Shown: positions 10,091-20,457, numbered from the stretch's first letter. The stretch: 64,000 nt of DNA from Thermoplasmata archaeon (GCA_041559015.1 JBFFED010000004.1:2781-66780); one strand, 5' to 3'. Translations and numbers: made by a program. The notes: generated by a model not told the origin, from the letters alone.

Positions 10091-10822
10091 ATGGGAACTG
10101 ATGTAGCGGACCGCCTTCAGGCATGGCACGGGGAGAGCTGGCACACTCCCAGGGGTCGGATGATCAGAGATATCGTCTATGCCATTGACACGGGACTCAT
10201 AACGACCGTTGCGTTTCTCGCGGGTGTCTCCTCCATCATCAGCGAGAACGACAAGATAGTCCTCGCAGGTGTCGCCCAAATCTCCGCCGGGGCTATTGCG
10301 ATATTCTTCGGGGCGTACATATCGGCAAAGGCCCAGAAGGATTTCTTCGAGAGCCAGATCCAGCGGGAGAAACGGGAGATCGAGGACCTTCCAGAGAAGG
10401 AGACCCAGGAGATCCGGGAGATATTCGCAGAGTACGGCTTCGCGCCCGAGGAACAGGAAATCGCCGTCCGGAGGATAACAAAGAACAAGGACCTGTGGCT
10501 CAAGTTCATGGTCCAGGAGGAGATAGGCATCTCCCCTAGCCAGATAGATAAGCCCCTCCAGATAGGAGGGGTCTCTTCCCTGTCATTCCTCCTCGGGGCT
10601 TTCCCCGCGATACTGCCCTTCCTGCTGTTCGATGACGTACGTCTGGACCTGCTCATAAGCGCGGCTGCGATCCTAGCGTTCCTGTTTGCAATTGGGATCT
10701 GGAAGACCAAGCTGACGAAGGTCAAGTGGTGGGTCAGCGGGCTCGAGACGCTTGCGATAGGCGGGTTGTCGTGTGGGCTCGGATTCCTATTCGGCAGGAT
10801 AGTGCACGCCCTGGTGGGCTAG
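10091..10822 (+). CDS. VIT1/CCC1-family iron/manganese transporter
   Basis: VYAIDTGLITTVAFLAGVSS, a central acidic cytosolic helix region (REKREIEDLPEKETQEIREIFAEYGF) and C-terminal TM helices. Confidence 0.75.
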   Translation: MGTDVADRLQAWHGESWHTPRGRMIRDIVYAIDTGLITTVAFLAGVSSIISENDKIVLAGVAQISAGAIAIFFGAYISAKAQKDFFESQIQREKREIEDLPEKETQEIREIFAEYGFAPEEQEIAVRRITKNKDLWLKFMVQEEIGISPSQIDKPLQIGGVSSLSFLLGAFPAILPFLLFDDVRLDLLISAAAILAFLFAIGIWKTKLTKVKWWVSGLETLAIGGLSCGLGFLFGRIVHALVG

Positions 10823-10823
10823 C

Positions 10824-12032
10824 TCACTGAACCGACTCGAACACGGGACCGATGCGCTCCATGGCCCAATCGATCTCCTCCTTCGTTATGACAAGGGGTG
10901 GGGCGAACCTGATGGTCCTTTCATGGGTGTCCTTTGCCAGCACGCCCTGGACCATCAGCTTCTCGCAGATCGGCCTGACCGTCTCGCTCGGACCCAGGTG
11001 GAACTCGACCCCTATGAGGAGACCTTTGTGCCTGATCTCCTTGATCTTCTTTGTCCTGAGCGCACTCAGCCTACTGACGAAGTACTCGCCCATCTTTGTC
11101 GCCCTCTCGGCTAGGTTCTCGTCGATGAGCACGTTGAGCGACTCCTCCGCGATAGCGCACGCCAGCGGATTCCCCCCGAAAGTGCTCCCATGGCTACCAG
11201 GTGTGAAGACGCTCATTATCTCCTTAGATGACAGGCAGGCCGAGACAGGATAGACGCCTCCGCCGAGGGCCTTGCCGACGCACAGTATGTCCGGTCTGAT
11301 CCCCTCGTGCTCGAATGCGAACATCTTCCCCGTCCTGCAGAACCCTGTCTGAATCTCGTCCAGAATCAGCAGAACTCCTTTCTCCGTGCAGATGCGCCTC
11401 AGCTCCTTGAGGTAGCCTGGGGACGGCACGTTGATGCCCGCCTCCCCCTGGATCGGCTCCACGAGGATGGCTAGGGTGTCCTTGGTGATTGCATTCTCGA
11501 ACGCTTTCGGGTCGTTGTACGGTATCGTGACGAACCCCGGGGCAAAAGGACCGAAACCCTTCCTGGAGCCCGGATCGCTGGAGAAGCTGATTATCGTCGT
11601 GGTCCTCCCATGGAAGTTCTCCGCGCAGACTATGATCTCTCCCCTGTCCTCTGGCATGCCCTTCTTCATGTGCGCATAGCGCCTGGCGAGTTTGATGGCG
11701 GTCTCGACGGCCTCTGCGCCTGTGTTCATCGGCAGGGCCATCTCCATCCCGCTGACCTCGCACAGCTTCTTCAGGAACCTGCCCATCCGATCGTTCGAGA
11801 AGGCCCTGGAGGTCAAGGTCACTCGCTGCATCTGCGCCACGACGGCCTTCACTATGCGATCGTTCAGATGTCCCTGGTTGACTGCGGAGTAGGAACTCAA
11901 CATGTCGATGTACTGCTTCCCCTCGACGTCCCACACCCAGACGCCCTTCGCCTTCGCCACCACTACCGGAAGCGGGTGGTAGTTGTGCGCGCCGTATGCA
12001 CCCTCGAGCTCGAGGTATTCCTTAGCGTTCAT
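10824..12032 (-). CDS. rocD: Ornithine aminotransferase (class-III PLP aminotransferase)
   Basis: GAHNYHPLPVVVAKAKGVWVWDVEGKQYIDMLSSYSAVNQGH, DEIQTGFCRTGKMFAFEHEG, PLP-Lys context VGKALGGG; ORF extends to 12089 but ATG 12032 is preceded by ggggagtg. Confidence 0.85.
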   Translation of the reverse strand: MNAKEYLELEGAYGAHNYHPLPVVVAKAKGVWVWDVEGKQYIDMLSSYSAVNQGHLNDRIVKAVVAQMQRVTLTSRAFSNDRMGRFLKKLCEVSGMEMALPMNTGAEAVETAIKLARRYAHMKKGMPEDRGEIIVCAENFHGRTTTIISFSSDPGSRKGFGPFAPGFVTIPYNDPKAFENAITKDTLAILVEPIQGEAGINVPSPGYLKELRRICTEKGVLLILDEIQTGFCRTGKMFAFEHEGIRPDILCVGKALGGGVYPVSACLSSKEIMSVFTPGSHGSTFGGNPLACAIAEESLNVLIDENLAERATKMGEYFVSRLSALRTKKIKEIRHKGLLIGVEFHLGPSETVRPICEKLMVQGVLAKDTHERTIRFAPPLVITKEEIDWAMERIGPVFESVQ

Positions 12033-12130
12033 GTCTTCACTCCCCGATGGTCCGCGCGGATGCCGGACACTCCGATGGAATACCCTCACTGCTTAAAACC
12101 ATTCTCAGGCACAAGAGCAGGCGTAGGGGA

Positions 12131-12715
12131 TCATGCTGCCTTCTCGATGAACCCCAAGCGCAACAGCATCAGGGACATAATCGCGCCCCATGTCAGTATG
12201 CCCAGGACCGCCAAGGTCTCAACCTCGGGGGTGCCGCCGAACGGGATGAGCGCTAGGCCGAAGACGAAAGCGGCCAGGGTGATGTACACCGCCGGCCTCC
12301 CGAAAGACGGGCTGATGTGAAGGGCGAATGCTAGGACTCCGAGCGCCACGAGCATGCTCAGGAAGAAGCCGTAGGACACGAACCCGTGAAGGTCGCCTGC
12401 GTCCTCGGTGAATATTCCTACGGATATCAGGAAAGCGGCAGCCACCACCAGGAGCACGACGCTGGCCGACTGCGTCTTGCCCTTGCCCAGCGCGGGGACC
12501 ACGGCGAGCAGGTCCATTAGGATGAACAGCGCGCCTGCGATGATCACGCCAGAGTTGAAGGCCCAAGCACCCTCTCTCACGCCGAGGTCGCTCAGGTAGT
12601 TCTCCATGAAGACGTACTCTGTGTCCAGGTGCATCGCCACAGAGTAGAGAATGACGAACACTGAGACCGCCAATAGGCCGCACATTGCGCCCACCATGCG
12701 CGTTGTCTTGCTCAT
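12131..12715 (-). CDS. DUF998-like integral membrane protein
   Basis: 194 aa, 6 hydrophobic helices; N-terminal region with ENYLSDLGV..AFNSGVIIAG resembles DUF998. Confidence 0.5.
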   Translation of the reverse strand: MSKTTRMVGAMCGLLAVSVFVILYSVAMHLDTEYVFMENYLSDLGVREGAWAFNSGVIIAGALFILMDLLAVVPALGKGKTQSASVVLLVVAAAFLISVGIFTEDAGDLHGFVSYGFFLSMLVALGVLAFALHISPSFGRPAVYITLAAFVFGLALIPFGGTPEVETLAVLGILTWGAIMSLMLLRLGFIEKAA

Positions 12716-12821
12716 ACCGGATGCCCGATTGTCCTACCCGGAAATAACCATTATCCATCGACTGAGCACAATGGACGGGGATAGCTCGGATCGCTCCTTG
12801 AGGGACCAGACAGAGGTCGCC

Positions 12822-14648
12822 TCAGAGGCGGGCGTCCTTCGGAACGGTCCTCACGGTCCCATAGACTGGCTTCGGCAGGTCCGGCTCCGGTTCCGCAAGC
12901 TCCGGGAGCATCCTCGGGACACGGTACACCTTTCGGGGTTGGTCGAACTCGGCGACATAAAGGCGCTTATATGTCCAGGTCATCAACACGACGAGGTACA
13001 CGAAGAAGGCCACGGTCGCGAAGAGCGAGAGCTGCCACATGTAGGTCCAGCTCGAGACAATCGCCAGCACCGAGAACATAGCCCCCGATATGATGCCAGA
13101 CACGAGAAACACTGTGACGTCCTTGTCGTTGGTGGCCACGCCGATGTTTGAGTAGTTCACGTGCCTGGCTAGCTCGAGAATCTCCGACTTCGTGACAGAA
13201 TAGGCGAAGATCGCTATCAGCGCACCAAGCGCTGTGAACAGCACGTGGACCATGCCTCCTGTCAGCAAGATGACGACGCATACCGCGACGAATGCAGCGA
13301 GGAGCGAACCCGTCATCCTTGTTCCTTTCGTCAGCCTCGGGCCAGACGGGAGAATCGCCTTTCCCAGCGTGCGCGAAACCACCGTGCCCGAGAACCTCAG
13401 TGGTTTGGGCACGATCTTGGCCAAGGCGTTCGCGAAAGCCGCGGAGTGCTTCACGAGAGGCGGCGTGATCGCGCTCATGATGAAACAGAACGCGCCCGCG
13501 AACGGGTTCAGCTGGGCCGACATGGTGACACCGCTCACCCTGCTGCCAACACTCGCGTACAGGATGGACTCTATGCCCCTCCCGGTCATGCTAGTCCCGA
13601 TGGTCGAAGACGCCCGTCCCGAGAACCCCAGGAGGTACGAGACACCGGATATCACGAAGGCCTCGTACAGGAGCACTATCGGCACTGCCAGCAAGAGCAT
13701 CCAGGCGACCTTGCCGAACATCGCGGGATCGATCAGCATCCCGAAGGATGTGAAGAACACAGCGACGAAGGCGTCCTTAAAGGATTCCAGCTTGTTCTGC
13801 ACCCTGATCGAGACCTTGCTCTCCGCCAGTATCATCCCTATGAAGAACGCGCCTATTATCGGCGGCACGTTCATCACGGCGGCAATCCCCGATGTCAGGA
13901 AGACGACACCGAGCGCGAACAGGATGAAGAGCTCGTCGCTCTCTATCCGGTCGAAGAACCTGACAACCCTCGGGACTGCCCACATGGCCATCCAGACGAA
14001 GAACCCATAGAATGCGACGATGCCGAGTATCAGCTGACCGTAACCCGCAGGGTTGGCGGACGGGTCCACGATCATCCCGCTTGCGACTGCGAGTATGACC
14101 ATGGCGATGAATGTCTCCACGACGACCAGGCCGATCAGGAACTCCACCTCCGGGCTGGACATGCGCTTGAGGTCGAAGAGGACCTTCATGGCGATGCTCG
14201 TGCTGCTCATCGCGACCACTCCTGCGAGGAAGAGCGAATCGAGCAGCGGCCAGCCGAGGTACGACGCGAACAGGAAGCCGACGAACAGCCCCACGCTTAT
14301 GTCGATGACTGCGAGTATGACCGCGGGCCGGCGGGTCTTCTTGAGCTTGGTGAAGGAGAACTCGAGCCCTACGAAGAACATCAGCATGATGAGCCCTATG
14401 CTGGAGAGCATGTCGATGAAGCCCGTGTCCGTGATCAGGCCGTTGTACTGCACCCCGAAGAGCTCGATGCTGATCTTGGGGCCTATTAGCACGCCTATGA
14501 CGATGTAGCCGACCATGACCGACTGGTTGAGCCTGCCGGCAAGGGTCGCTGCGATGAATGCCAGGAGCATTATGGCCCCCAGCTGGAACATCAGCTCGGC
14601 ATCTGAAACCATCTTGACCGCACGTCCATGGAAGGCGAGAAGATGCAC
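12822..14648 (-). CDS. Cation:proton antiporter (CPA2/Kef-type Na+/H+ exchanger family) with extra C-terminal membrane domain
   Basis: 608 aa polytopic; N-terminus FQLGAIMLLAFIAATLAGRLNQSVMVGYIVIGVLIGP typical of Na_H_exchanger family; true start may be M13 (14612). Confidence 0.75.
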   Translation of the reverse strand: MHLLAFHGRAVKMVSDAELMFQLGAIMLLAFIAATLAGRLNQSVMVGYIVIGVLIGPKISIELFGVQYNGLITDTGFIDMLSSIGLIMLMFFVGLEFSFTKLKKTRRPAVILAVIDISVGLFVGFLFASYLGWPLLDSLFLAGVVAMSSTSIAMKVLFDLKRMSSPEVEFLIGLVVVETFIAMVILAVASGMIVDPSANPAGYGQLILGIVAFYGFFVWMAMWAVPRVVRFFDRIESDELFILFALGVVFLTSGIAAVMNVPPIIGAFFIGMILAESKVSIRVQNKLESFKDAFVAVFFTSFGMLIDPAMFGKVAWMLLLAVPIVLLYEAFVISGVSYLLGFSGRASSTIGTSMTGRGIESILYASVGSRVSGVTMSAQLNPFAGAFCFIMSAITPPLVKHSAAFANALAKIVPKPLRFSGTVVSRTLGKAILPSGPRLTKGTRMTGSLLAAFVAVCVVILLTGGMVHVLFTALGALIAIFAYSVTKSEILELARHVNYSNIGVATNDKDVTVFLVSGIISGAMFSVLAIVSSWTYMWQLSLFATVAFFVYLVVLMTWTYKRLYVAEFDQPRKVYRVPRMLPELAEPEPDLPKPVYGTVRTVPKDARL

Positions 14649-14766
14649 TCTGACTCAACGAGAATCAGGCCGCATCCCATCCGGGCCGCTAATCACCTTG
14701 CCCCGTACTTATAGCTTATCGAGAGGCCAGTTGAGCCGGTTCTTCTGGACGCTAGTAGCTCTGCTA

Positions 14767-15825
14767 CTAGGTCGCAATCGTATTGGACTCGAACAAGAAT
14801 ATCATGACGATATACAGCAGGTATAGCGAGCCGGACGCGAGCATCACCTTGTAGCTGATTCCGCCCTTCCGCCTGACCGATAAGAATAGCCATGCCGAGG
14901 CCGCGAGCGCTATCACGATGCTCGCGATGTTGATCGGCGCGAGCTGCCAGTGCGTGAACACGAGGCCGATGCTGACTGGGAAGCTGCTCTGGAATACCAT
15001 CGCGCCCGTGATGTTCCCGAATGCGAGCGTGTCCTTCGATCGCAAGTACCAGATGACGCTGTTGAACTTCTCAGGCAGCTCTGTGGCTATCGGGGCAATC
15101 AGGAACGCGAGTATCATCGGACTCACACCGATAGCTAGCGAGACCTCCTCGACCTCGGTCACGAAGAACTTCGCCCCTATGATTATGCCCATCAGAGCAG
15201 CCGCGACCTGCAGCACTATGAGGGTCATGCCCAGCTTGCCCTTCGACGGGTTCAGCCCGCAGACCCGACAAGCGTAGAGGGTGGGGCACGAGTTCTCCCC
15301 CTTAAGTGCCTTGTCCTTCAGGGTACTGCGTACATAGTGCGCATATGCGAAGATGAGCAAACCCGCCATACCGTAGTTGAGATATGTCCGGTCTATCGAG
15401 GCCTCGAGGCCTATCAACCCGGAGATGAGGGCCACCGTGTACATCATCATGAAGTATTTCATGTCCCGCTCAGCGTGCTCCTTCTGGAGCACGATGTGGT
15501 CCGTGCGCCTCCCCTTGCTGTAGGCATACCACACGGTGACGCCACCGACGAACATGGCCAGCGTGCCGAGCATGAAAGGGGCTCCCAGGATCGCGCCCTC
15601 CCCGATCTCCTCACCCTGCTCGTGAGTACCCAAGAATATCGCTATCAGAGGGATCATCGTCTCAGGCATGGCGGTGCCCACTGCCGCCAGGATGCTTCCA
15701 GTCGCGGTCTCCGCAAGGCCCAGCCTCTTGCCGAGCCACTCGATGCCGTTCACGAATATCTCACAGCTGATGAGAATGATGGCTAGCGCGGCTATCAATA
15801 TGGCAACCACCGCTAATTGTACCAA
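14767..15825 (-). CDS. Ca2+/cation antiporter (CaCA, YrbG-like sodium:calcium exchanger)
   Basis: Two alpha-repeat motifs: GSILAAVGTAMPE and GNITGAMVFQSS; polytopic, 352 aa. Confidence 0.8.
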   Translation of the reverse strand: MVQLAVVAILIAALAIILISCEIFVNGIEWLGKRLGLAETATGSILAAVGTAMPETMIPLIAIFLGTHEQGEEIGEGAILGAPFMLGTLAMFVGGVTVWYAYSKGRRTDHIVLQKEHAERDMKYFMMMYTVALISGLIGLEASIDRTYLNYGMAGLLIFAYAHYVRSTLKDKALKGENSCPTLYACRVCGLNPSKGKLGMTLIVLQVAAALMGIIIGAKFFVTEVEEVSLAIGVSPMILAFLIAPIATELPEKFNSVIWYLRSKDTLAFGNITGAMVFQSSFPVSIGLVFTHWQLAPINIASIVIALAASAWLFLSVRRKGGISYKVMLASGSLYLLYIVMIFLFESNTIAT

Positions 15826-15960
15826 GGCCGGCGCACCAGTCCGGCTTATCGCCCTTGCCTACTTAAAGGATTCCCAGGTTAGCCGGATTCTGCAGGGGAG
15901 TCCATGCTTGAGCGGCCAGCCCAAAAGGATTAAGTACGCGCGAAAGCTGACTCCGCGCTG

Positions 15961-17226
15961 ATGTTCGGAGTCCTCAAATGGAGAGGGTTCAAGACACCCT
16001 GGCATCTCAGGGTGCTGTACATCTCGACCTTCATCCTGAGGACCGCCTTCGGGGCGCTGCTGCTGCTGATAGCTCATTACGTCCCAACGGAGAACAGCTT
16101 GCTGAATGTGGCGATTGTGGCCGTCCCCTACCCCTTGGCCGAGATGCTCACCGCGAACTACTTCGGGGCCCTGAGCGACAGGGTCGGAAGGAAGGTTGTC
16201 ATCGTCTTCGGCACATCGCTTGCTGCCCTGATTGTTGTCTTCTACACCCTCTCGAACAATGTCTGGTATCTCGCGACTCTGCACGGGATCCACGGCATAG
16301 GAGCTGCAGCGACCATTGCCCCGGCCATCGCGATGATTGCCGATCATGCGGATTCCTGCGACCGGGGGAGGCAGATGGGGTGGTTCGACTACTCCACCTT
16401 CCTTGGGTACATCGTGGGCGCTGTTGCGGGTGGGTTCCTGATAGACCTCACGGGCTCCAAGATGGGGTTCCTAGTGATGACCGGGCTGCTCGTGCTATCG
16501 GCAGTGTTGCTCCAGAAGCTGGTGCACAAGGAGCCGGCCAAGGTGACCTCGGAGCACTATGCCAGTCTCGAGAGCCTCAGAAGGGTCTTCCGGATACGGG
16601 AGATCAAGCTGATGTTCCCTATCTGGCTCATCATAGCGATCCTGCTGGGGCTCGCGATAACATATCTTCCCAGAATCATGCTGAACGCGGGCATGACAGG
16701 GAGCATGATAGGCATCCTGTTCGGGGCCGCGGGGGTGGCGCTCGGGCTGCTGCAGCCATTCTGGGGGAAGGTTTCGGACATAATCGGCAGGATACCGGTC
16801 ATGGCATACGGCGTCTTCAGCATCTTCGGCATCGTGATAATGTTACTGTTCTTCCCCGACGCGGCATTCTACAAGGAGGGGGATGATTACCACGTCCGAC
16901 TGATCGGCATGATTCCATTGGGGATAATGGGTCTTGGTGCGGGTGCTTTCGTCCCAGCCGCCCTCGCGATGATGGCGGATTCGTCGGACAAGGACTGCTA
17001 TGGAGCCACGATGGGGCTGTACTCCTTCGCCCTCGGGTTCGGGGCGTTCATCGCTGAGAGTCTCGGGCTCGGCATAATCGCCATCAGCGGCGAGGACAAC
17101 GCGCCCTCATGGCTGCTGTACCTAGCTGCTGCCCTCATCGGCCTCGCCGTGGTCATGATGATCTACTTCTTCCTCATCACCATCATCAGGAGACGCTTGA
17201 CCGGTAGAGGGTCCGGGGCGGCATGA
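15961..17226 (+). CDS. MFS transporter
   Basis: 421 aa polytopic; motif A GALSDRVGRKVVIVFG. Confidence 0.8.
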   Translation: MFGVLKWRGFKTPWHLRVLYISTFILRTAFGALLLLIAHYVPTENSLLNVAIVAVPYPLAEMLTANYFGALSDRVGRKVVIVFGTSLAALIVVFYTLSNNVWYLATLHGIHGIGAAATIAPAIAMIADHADSCDRGRQMGWFDYSTFLGYIVGAVAGGFLIDLTGSKMGFLVMTGLLVLSAVLLQKLVHKEPAKVTSEHYASLESLRRVFRIREIKLMFPIWLIIAILLGLAITYLPRIMLNAGMTGSMIGILFGAAGVALGLLQPFWGKVSDIIGRIPVMAYGVFSIFGIVIMLLFFPDAAFYKEGDDYHVRLIGMIPLGIMGLGAGAFVPAALAMMADSSDKDCYGATMGLYSFALGFGAFIAESLGLGIIAISGEDNAPSWLLYLAAALIGLAVVMMIYFFLITIIRRRLTGRGSGAA

Positions 17227-18239
17227 TCGAGATAGACGGGGCGACGGGAGAAGGCGGGGGCCAGATACTGAGGACCTCTATCGCGCTCTCCGCGGTCACC
17301 GGGCACGAAGTGCGAATACGGAACATAAGGGCGAACAGACCGAGCCCGGGGCTGGCGCCGTCCCATATCACTAGCATCGAGGCCGTCGCGAGGATATGCG
17401 ATGGCGAGGTTGACAGCCTGTATGCGGGTTCGAAAGACATCGTCTTCAGGCCTGGCCAGCTGACCGGTGGACGGTTCGAGCTGGACGTCGGGACCGCCGG
17501 GAGCATCTCGCTCATCCTCCAGAGCTGCCTGATACCTGCAGCCCTCTCGAAGGCCCGAGTTGTGATGCGAGTCACGGGCGGGACGGATGTCAAGTGGTCG
17601 CCCCCGATTGACTTCATGAGGATAGTGCATCTCCCGATCCTTAACATGTTCGGACCTTCCTATGAGGTGGATGTCGCGGCCCGAGGATTCTACCCGGAAG
17701 GAGGAGGGGAGGTAGTGATGGAGGTCTCCCCTGTCGGAGAGCTAACGCCAGTGGACCTGACGGCTCGCGGCGACGTGCTCCGGGTCGAGGGGGTGGCTTT
17801 CGCCCAGAACCTCCCTGAACATGTCGTGACTAGGATGAAACACGCGGCTCTCAAGAGGCTCATCGATTTCAAGGAGGCCAAGGTCGATTCCGACCTCCTC
17901 AAGGGCAGGAGCACGGGCGCAGGGATAGTCCTCTGTGGAGTCTGTGAGAACACGTTCTTGGGGGCCTCGGCGCTCGGCGAGAGGGGCGTGAGGGCGGAGA
18001 AACTGGGGGAAGGCTGCGCACAGGACCTGCTCGAGACTTTGGGATCGGGGGCCACCGTGGACGAGCACATGCTCGACCAGATACTGCCTTACATGGCCCT
18101 CGCAAATGGCCCTTCGACCGTGCTGGCCGAGGAGATGACCCCACACGCTGAGACGAACATGACCATCGTGGAGGCGTTCCTCGGCAAGAAGTTCGAGACG
18201 CGTAAGAGGGACGGGCTCGTAGAGGTGCGCACGGTCTAG
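17223..18239 (+). CDS. rtcA: RNA 3'-terminal phosphate cyclase
   Basis: MIEIDGATGEGGGQILRTSIALSAVTG..IRNIRANRPSPGL and VDEHMLDQILPYMAL; start overlaps the MFS stop by 4 nt. Confidence 0.9.
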   Translation: MIEIDGATGEGGGQILRTSIALSAVTGHEVRIRNIRANRPSPGLAPSHITSIEAVARICDGEVDSLYAGSKDIVFRPGQLTGGRFELDVGTAGSISLILQSCLIPAALSKARVVMRVTGGTDVKWSPPIDFMRIVHLPILNMFGPSYEVDVAARGFYPEGGGEVVMEVSPVGELTPVDLTARGDVLRVEGVAFAQNLPEHVVTRMKHAALKRLIDFKEAKVDSDLLKGRSTGAGIVLCGVCENTFLGASALGERGVRAEKLGEGCAQDLLETLGSGATVDEHMLDQILPYMALANGPSTVLAEEMTPHAETNMTIVEAFLGKKFETRKRDGLVEVRTV

Positions 18240-19006
18240 CCGTACATGCTCGGCCTCGGCGCGCCCTTCTCATCCTTCTTCGTGACGGCCTGCTTCTGTA
18301 TCTCCCTGATGTGCGCCTCTATCCTCGTGGCCTCCTCGAAGAGCGGTTTCGCGTCGAAATCTATCCCGAGAATCAGATCGTCAATCGCCTCCAGGACTAG
18401 TGCCGCCGCCCGCGCGTCCGGGAAATCCGGGTGGGCCTCCGCGAGAAGCGTGATGACGTCGAAATCCCTCTTCCTGCCCTCGTTCAGGAGCACGCCAGCC
18501 ACGCCTGATATCACGCCTTCCTCGAAGGACTGTATTCCGTGCTGCTTGAGCATCTCCCGGGCCCGCTGCGTGCTCGATATGCCGAAGACCACATCGGAGA
18601 TCTCAGCGCTGTCCCTGAGCTCTGGGTCTACCACGAGACCCTCGGGTGAGACGATCATCTTGCACCTCTGCTCCTGCGCCCAGTCGACAAGGGTGTAGGA
18701 GATGGGTCTGATCAGGTTAGGGGGCGCCTGGAACTCTGATATGAAGGCTACGATCTGGTCACCGCTCTTCTCCTTCCTACCCGCATATATCCTGACCGGG
18801 CTCAGGGGCTTGGCCTCCCTGATGAGAGAGACTGTCGGGAAGTGCATGGAGTCCATGATCCCGATGTGCTCCATGTCGAGGACCTTGATGAGGTAGTTGG
18901 CAGCGATCGAGCTCACGAGCCCGACGCTCGGGAACCCGTCTATGATCGTGGCCCCTTTGAGGTCGATCCGCTTGAACTCGTATATCCTGATGTCGTTCCT
19001 GTCCAT
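18236..19006 (-). CDS. PAC2-family proteasome assembly chaperone-like protein
   Basis: IIDGFPSVGLVSSIAANYLIKVLDMEHIGIMDS and overall length (256 aa) match archaeal PAC2 (PbaA/PbaB-like) proteins. Confidence 0.7.
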   Translation of the reverse strand: MDRNDIRIYEFKRIDLKGATIIDGFPSVGLVSSIAANYLIKVLDMEHIGIMDSMHFPTVSLIREAKPLSPVRIYAGRKEKSGDQIVAFISEFQAPPNLIRPISYTLVDWAQEQRCKMIVSPEGLVVDPELRDSAEISDVVFGISSTQRAREMLKQHGIQSFEEGVISGVAGVLLNEGRKRDFDVITLLAEAHPDFPDARAAALVLEAIDDLILGIDFDAKPLFEEATRIEAHIREIQKQAVTKKDEKGAPRPSMYG

Positions 19007-19264
19007 CGTGTGCCCAAATGATATAGTCCGTTAATAAGTCTTCCCGGAACGGCCAGACCGAGCCAGACATGACGATATGCGCCCAACTGGCCGTGCGAGT
19101 GCGACATTCTATGGTGACTGACTTAGGTCTCTATAGGCAATCTACACTACGCAGCCAGGAATCGTATCCCTACGAGCGCAGTTCGAATAACGACAACGGT
19201 GGCATGGAAAGGCGAATGAGCATTCTTGGCGGCCATCCCCGCAATGGTTCACGACCCAAGTACG

Positions 19265-19284
19265 CCCCTGGCACAACCCAGGGG
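19265..19284 (+). other. 7-bp hairpin (cccctgg / ccagggg, 6-nt loop) followed by T-rich tract ctttcttattct
   Basis: Read directly inside the 350-nt ORF-poor spacer 19007-19356; could terminate an unannotated plus-strand transcript. Confidence 0.3.
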
Positions 19285-19356
19285 TGGGCCCTTTCTTATT
19301 CTCCGTGAGCACCATCTGCGAAAGTATCTTACGCAATACGACCATGCTAAGCCCCG

Positions 19357-19995
19357 ATGGCGACGAGGGTCATCGTCAACTGCGCAATGTCGGCCGACGG
19401 CAAGATAGCGCTGAGAACGAGGAAACAGACCAGGATATCGAACGAAGCCGACAGAAAGAGGGTCCATCAACTGAGGAACAAGTGCGACGCGATCCTGGTT
19501 GGCATAGAGACCGTCCTGACCGACGACCCGAAGCTCACTGTCAACCCCAGATATGTCAAGAACCCCCGGAAGCCCGTCAGGATAGTCCTGGACTCGCACG
19601 GCAGGACCCCGTCAGGCGCGCTCGTGCTGGACGGCTCCTCGAAGACCATGATAGTGACGAACGACAAGTGCCGAAAGACATTCAAGAACGCCGAAACTGT
19701 GCGCTGCGGAAAGAAGGAGATCGACGTGCGGAAGCTCGTGGCCTTGCTTGGGAGGCGTGGTTTCAAGTCCGTCCTTGTCGAAGGCGGCTCGAAGGTGATC
19801 TGGTCGTTCCTGGAATCCAAGATCGCCGACGAGGTCAGTATATTCATTGGAAGCATGGTCATCGGTGGAGAGAAGTCCCCCACGCCTGCTGGAGGGAAGG
19901 GGGCGCTGGATGAGAGATCCATCGTGGCCTTGAAGCTGAAGAGCATCCGAACGCTCGGGAACGGAGTGCTCCTTCGCTATGAGGTGGTGAAATGA
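19357..19995 (+). CDS. 2,5-diamino-6-ribosylamino-4(3H)-pyrimidinone 5'-phosphate reductase (RibD C-terminal domain type)
   Basis: VIVNCAMSADGKIALRTRKQTRISNEADRKRVHQLRNKCDAILVGIETVLTDDPKLTV; archaeal riboflavin-pathway reductase pattern. Confidence 0.8.
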   Translation: MATRVIVNCAMSADGKIALRTRKQTRISNEADRKRVHQLRNKCDAILVGIETVLTDDPKLTVNPRYVKNPRKPVRIVLDSHGRTPSGALVLDGSSKTMIVTNDKCRKTFKNAETVRCGKKEIDVRKLVALLGRRGFKSVLVEGGSKVIWSFLESKIADEVSIFIGSMVIGGEKSPTPAGGKGALDERSIVALKLKSIRTLGNGVLLRYEVVK

Positions 19996-20456
19996 CCGAG
20001 GGGATCGCCGGCCCCAAGTTCGTTGCTGACCACATGCTCGGCTCGCTGGCCAGGTGGCTCAGGATGATGGGCTATGACACTGTCTACGACAAGAAGCTCG
20101 ACGACCCCTCCATATCGCAGCTCGCGAAGGCGGAGGGGAGGTTCGTCATCACGAGGGACAAGGAACTCGGGAAGGAGCCTGGAGCCCTGCTCGTCGAGCA
20201 GGACGACCTCGATTCCCAGCTGAAAGCCGTGGCGACCAGGTACGGCCTGAAGTTCAAGCCGGACCTGATACGCTGCTCCGCATGCAACGGCGACCTCATC
20301 GAGCTGACGAAGGACCAGGCGAAGGGCGTGGTGCCCGAGGGCGCGTTCATAAGCAACGACAGATTCTGGAAGTGCGGCAAGTGCGAAAAGGTCTTCTGGA
20401 AGGGGACGCACTGGAATGGCATCATGGAGCGCCTGAACCGGCTCGGCCTGGCCTAG
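19992..20456 (+). CDS. Mut7-C RNase domain (DUF82) protein
   Basis: FVADHMLGSLARWLRMMGYDTVY plus C-terminal zinc ribbon CSACNG..WKCGKCEKVFWKGTHW; start overlaps the upstream stop (ATGA). Confidence 0.75.
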   Translation: MTEGIAGPKFVADHMLGSLARWLRMMGYDTVYDKKLDDPSISQLAKAEGRFVITRDKELGKEPGALLVEQDDLDSQLKAVATRYGLKFKPDLIRCSACNGDLIELTKDQAKGVVPEGAFISNDRFWKCGKCEKVFWKGTHWNGIMERLNRLGLA

Positions 20457-20457
20457 T

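Noticed and set aside
13245-14489. 414-aa ORF antisense to the CPA2 antiporter gene, with a highly charged His/Asp/Glu/Arg-rich translation
   Set aside because: A shadow frame of a hydrophobic membrane-protein gene. The composition is the complement artefact of Leu/Val/Ile/Gly codons.
19175-19195. gcagttcgaataacg, a tRNA T-loop-like GTTCGAA
   Set aside because: The flanking bases cannot form a T-stem or an acceptor stem. No tRNA cloverleaf could be built here or in any other spacer.
19040-19356. Possible FMN riboswitch upstream of the riboflavin-pathway reductase
   Set aside because: None of the conserved RFN-element blocks are present, and the gene has its own close TATA-like element.
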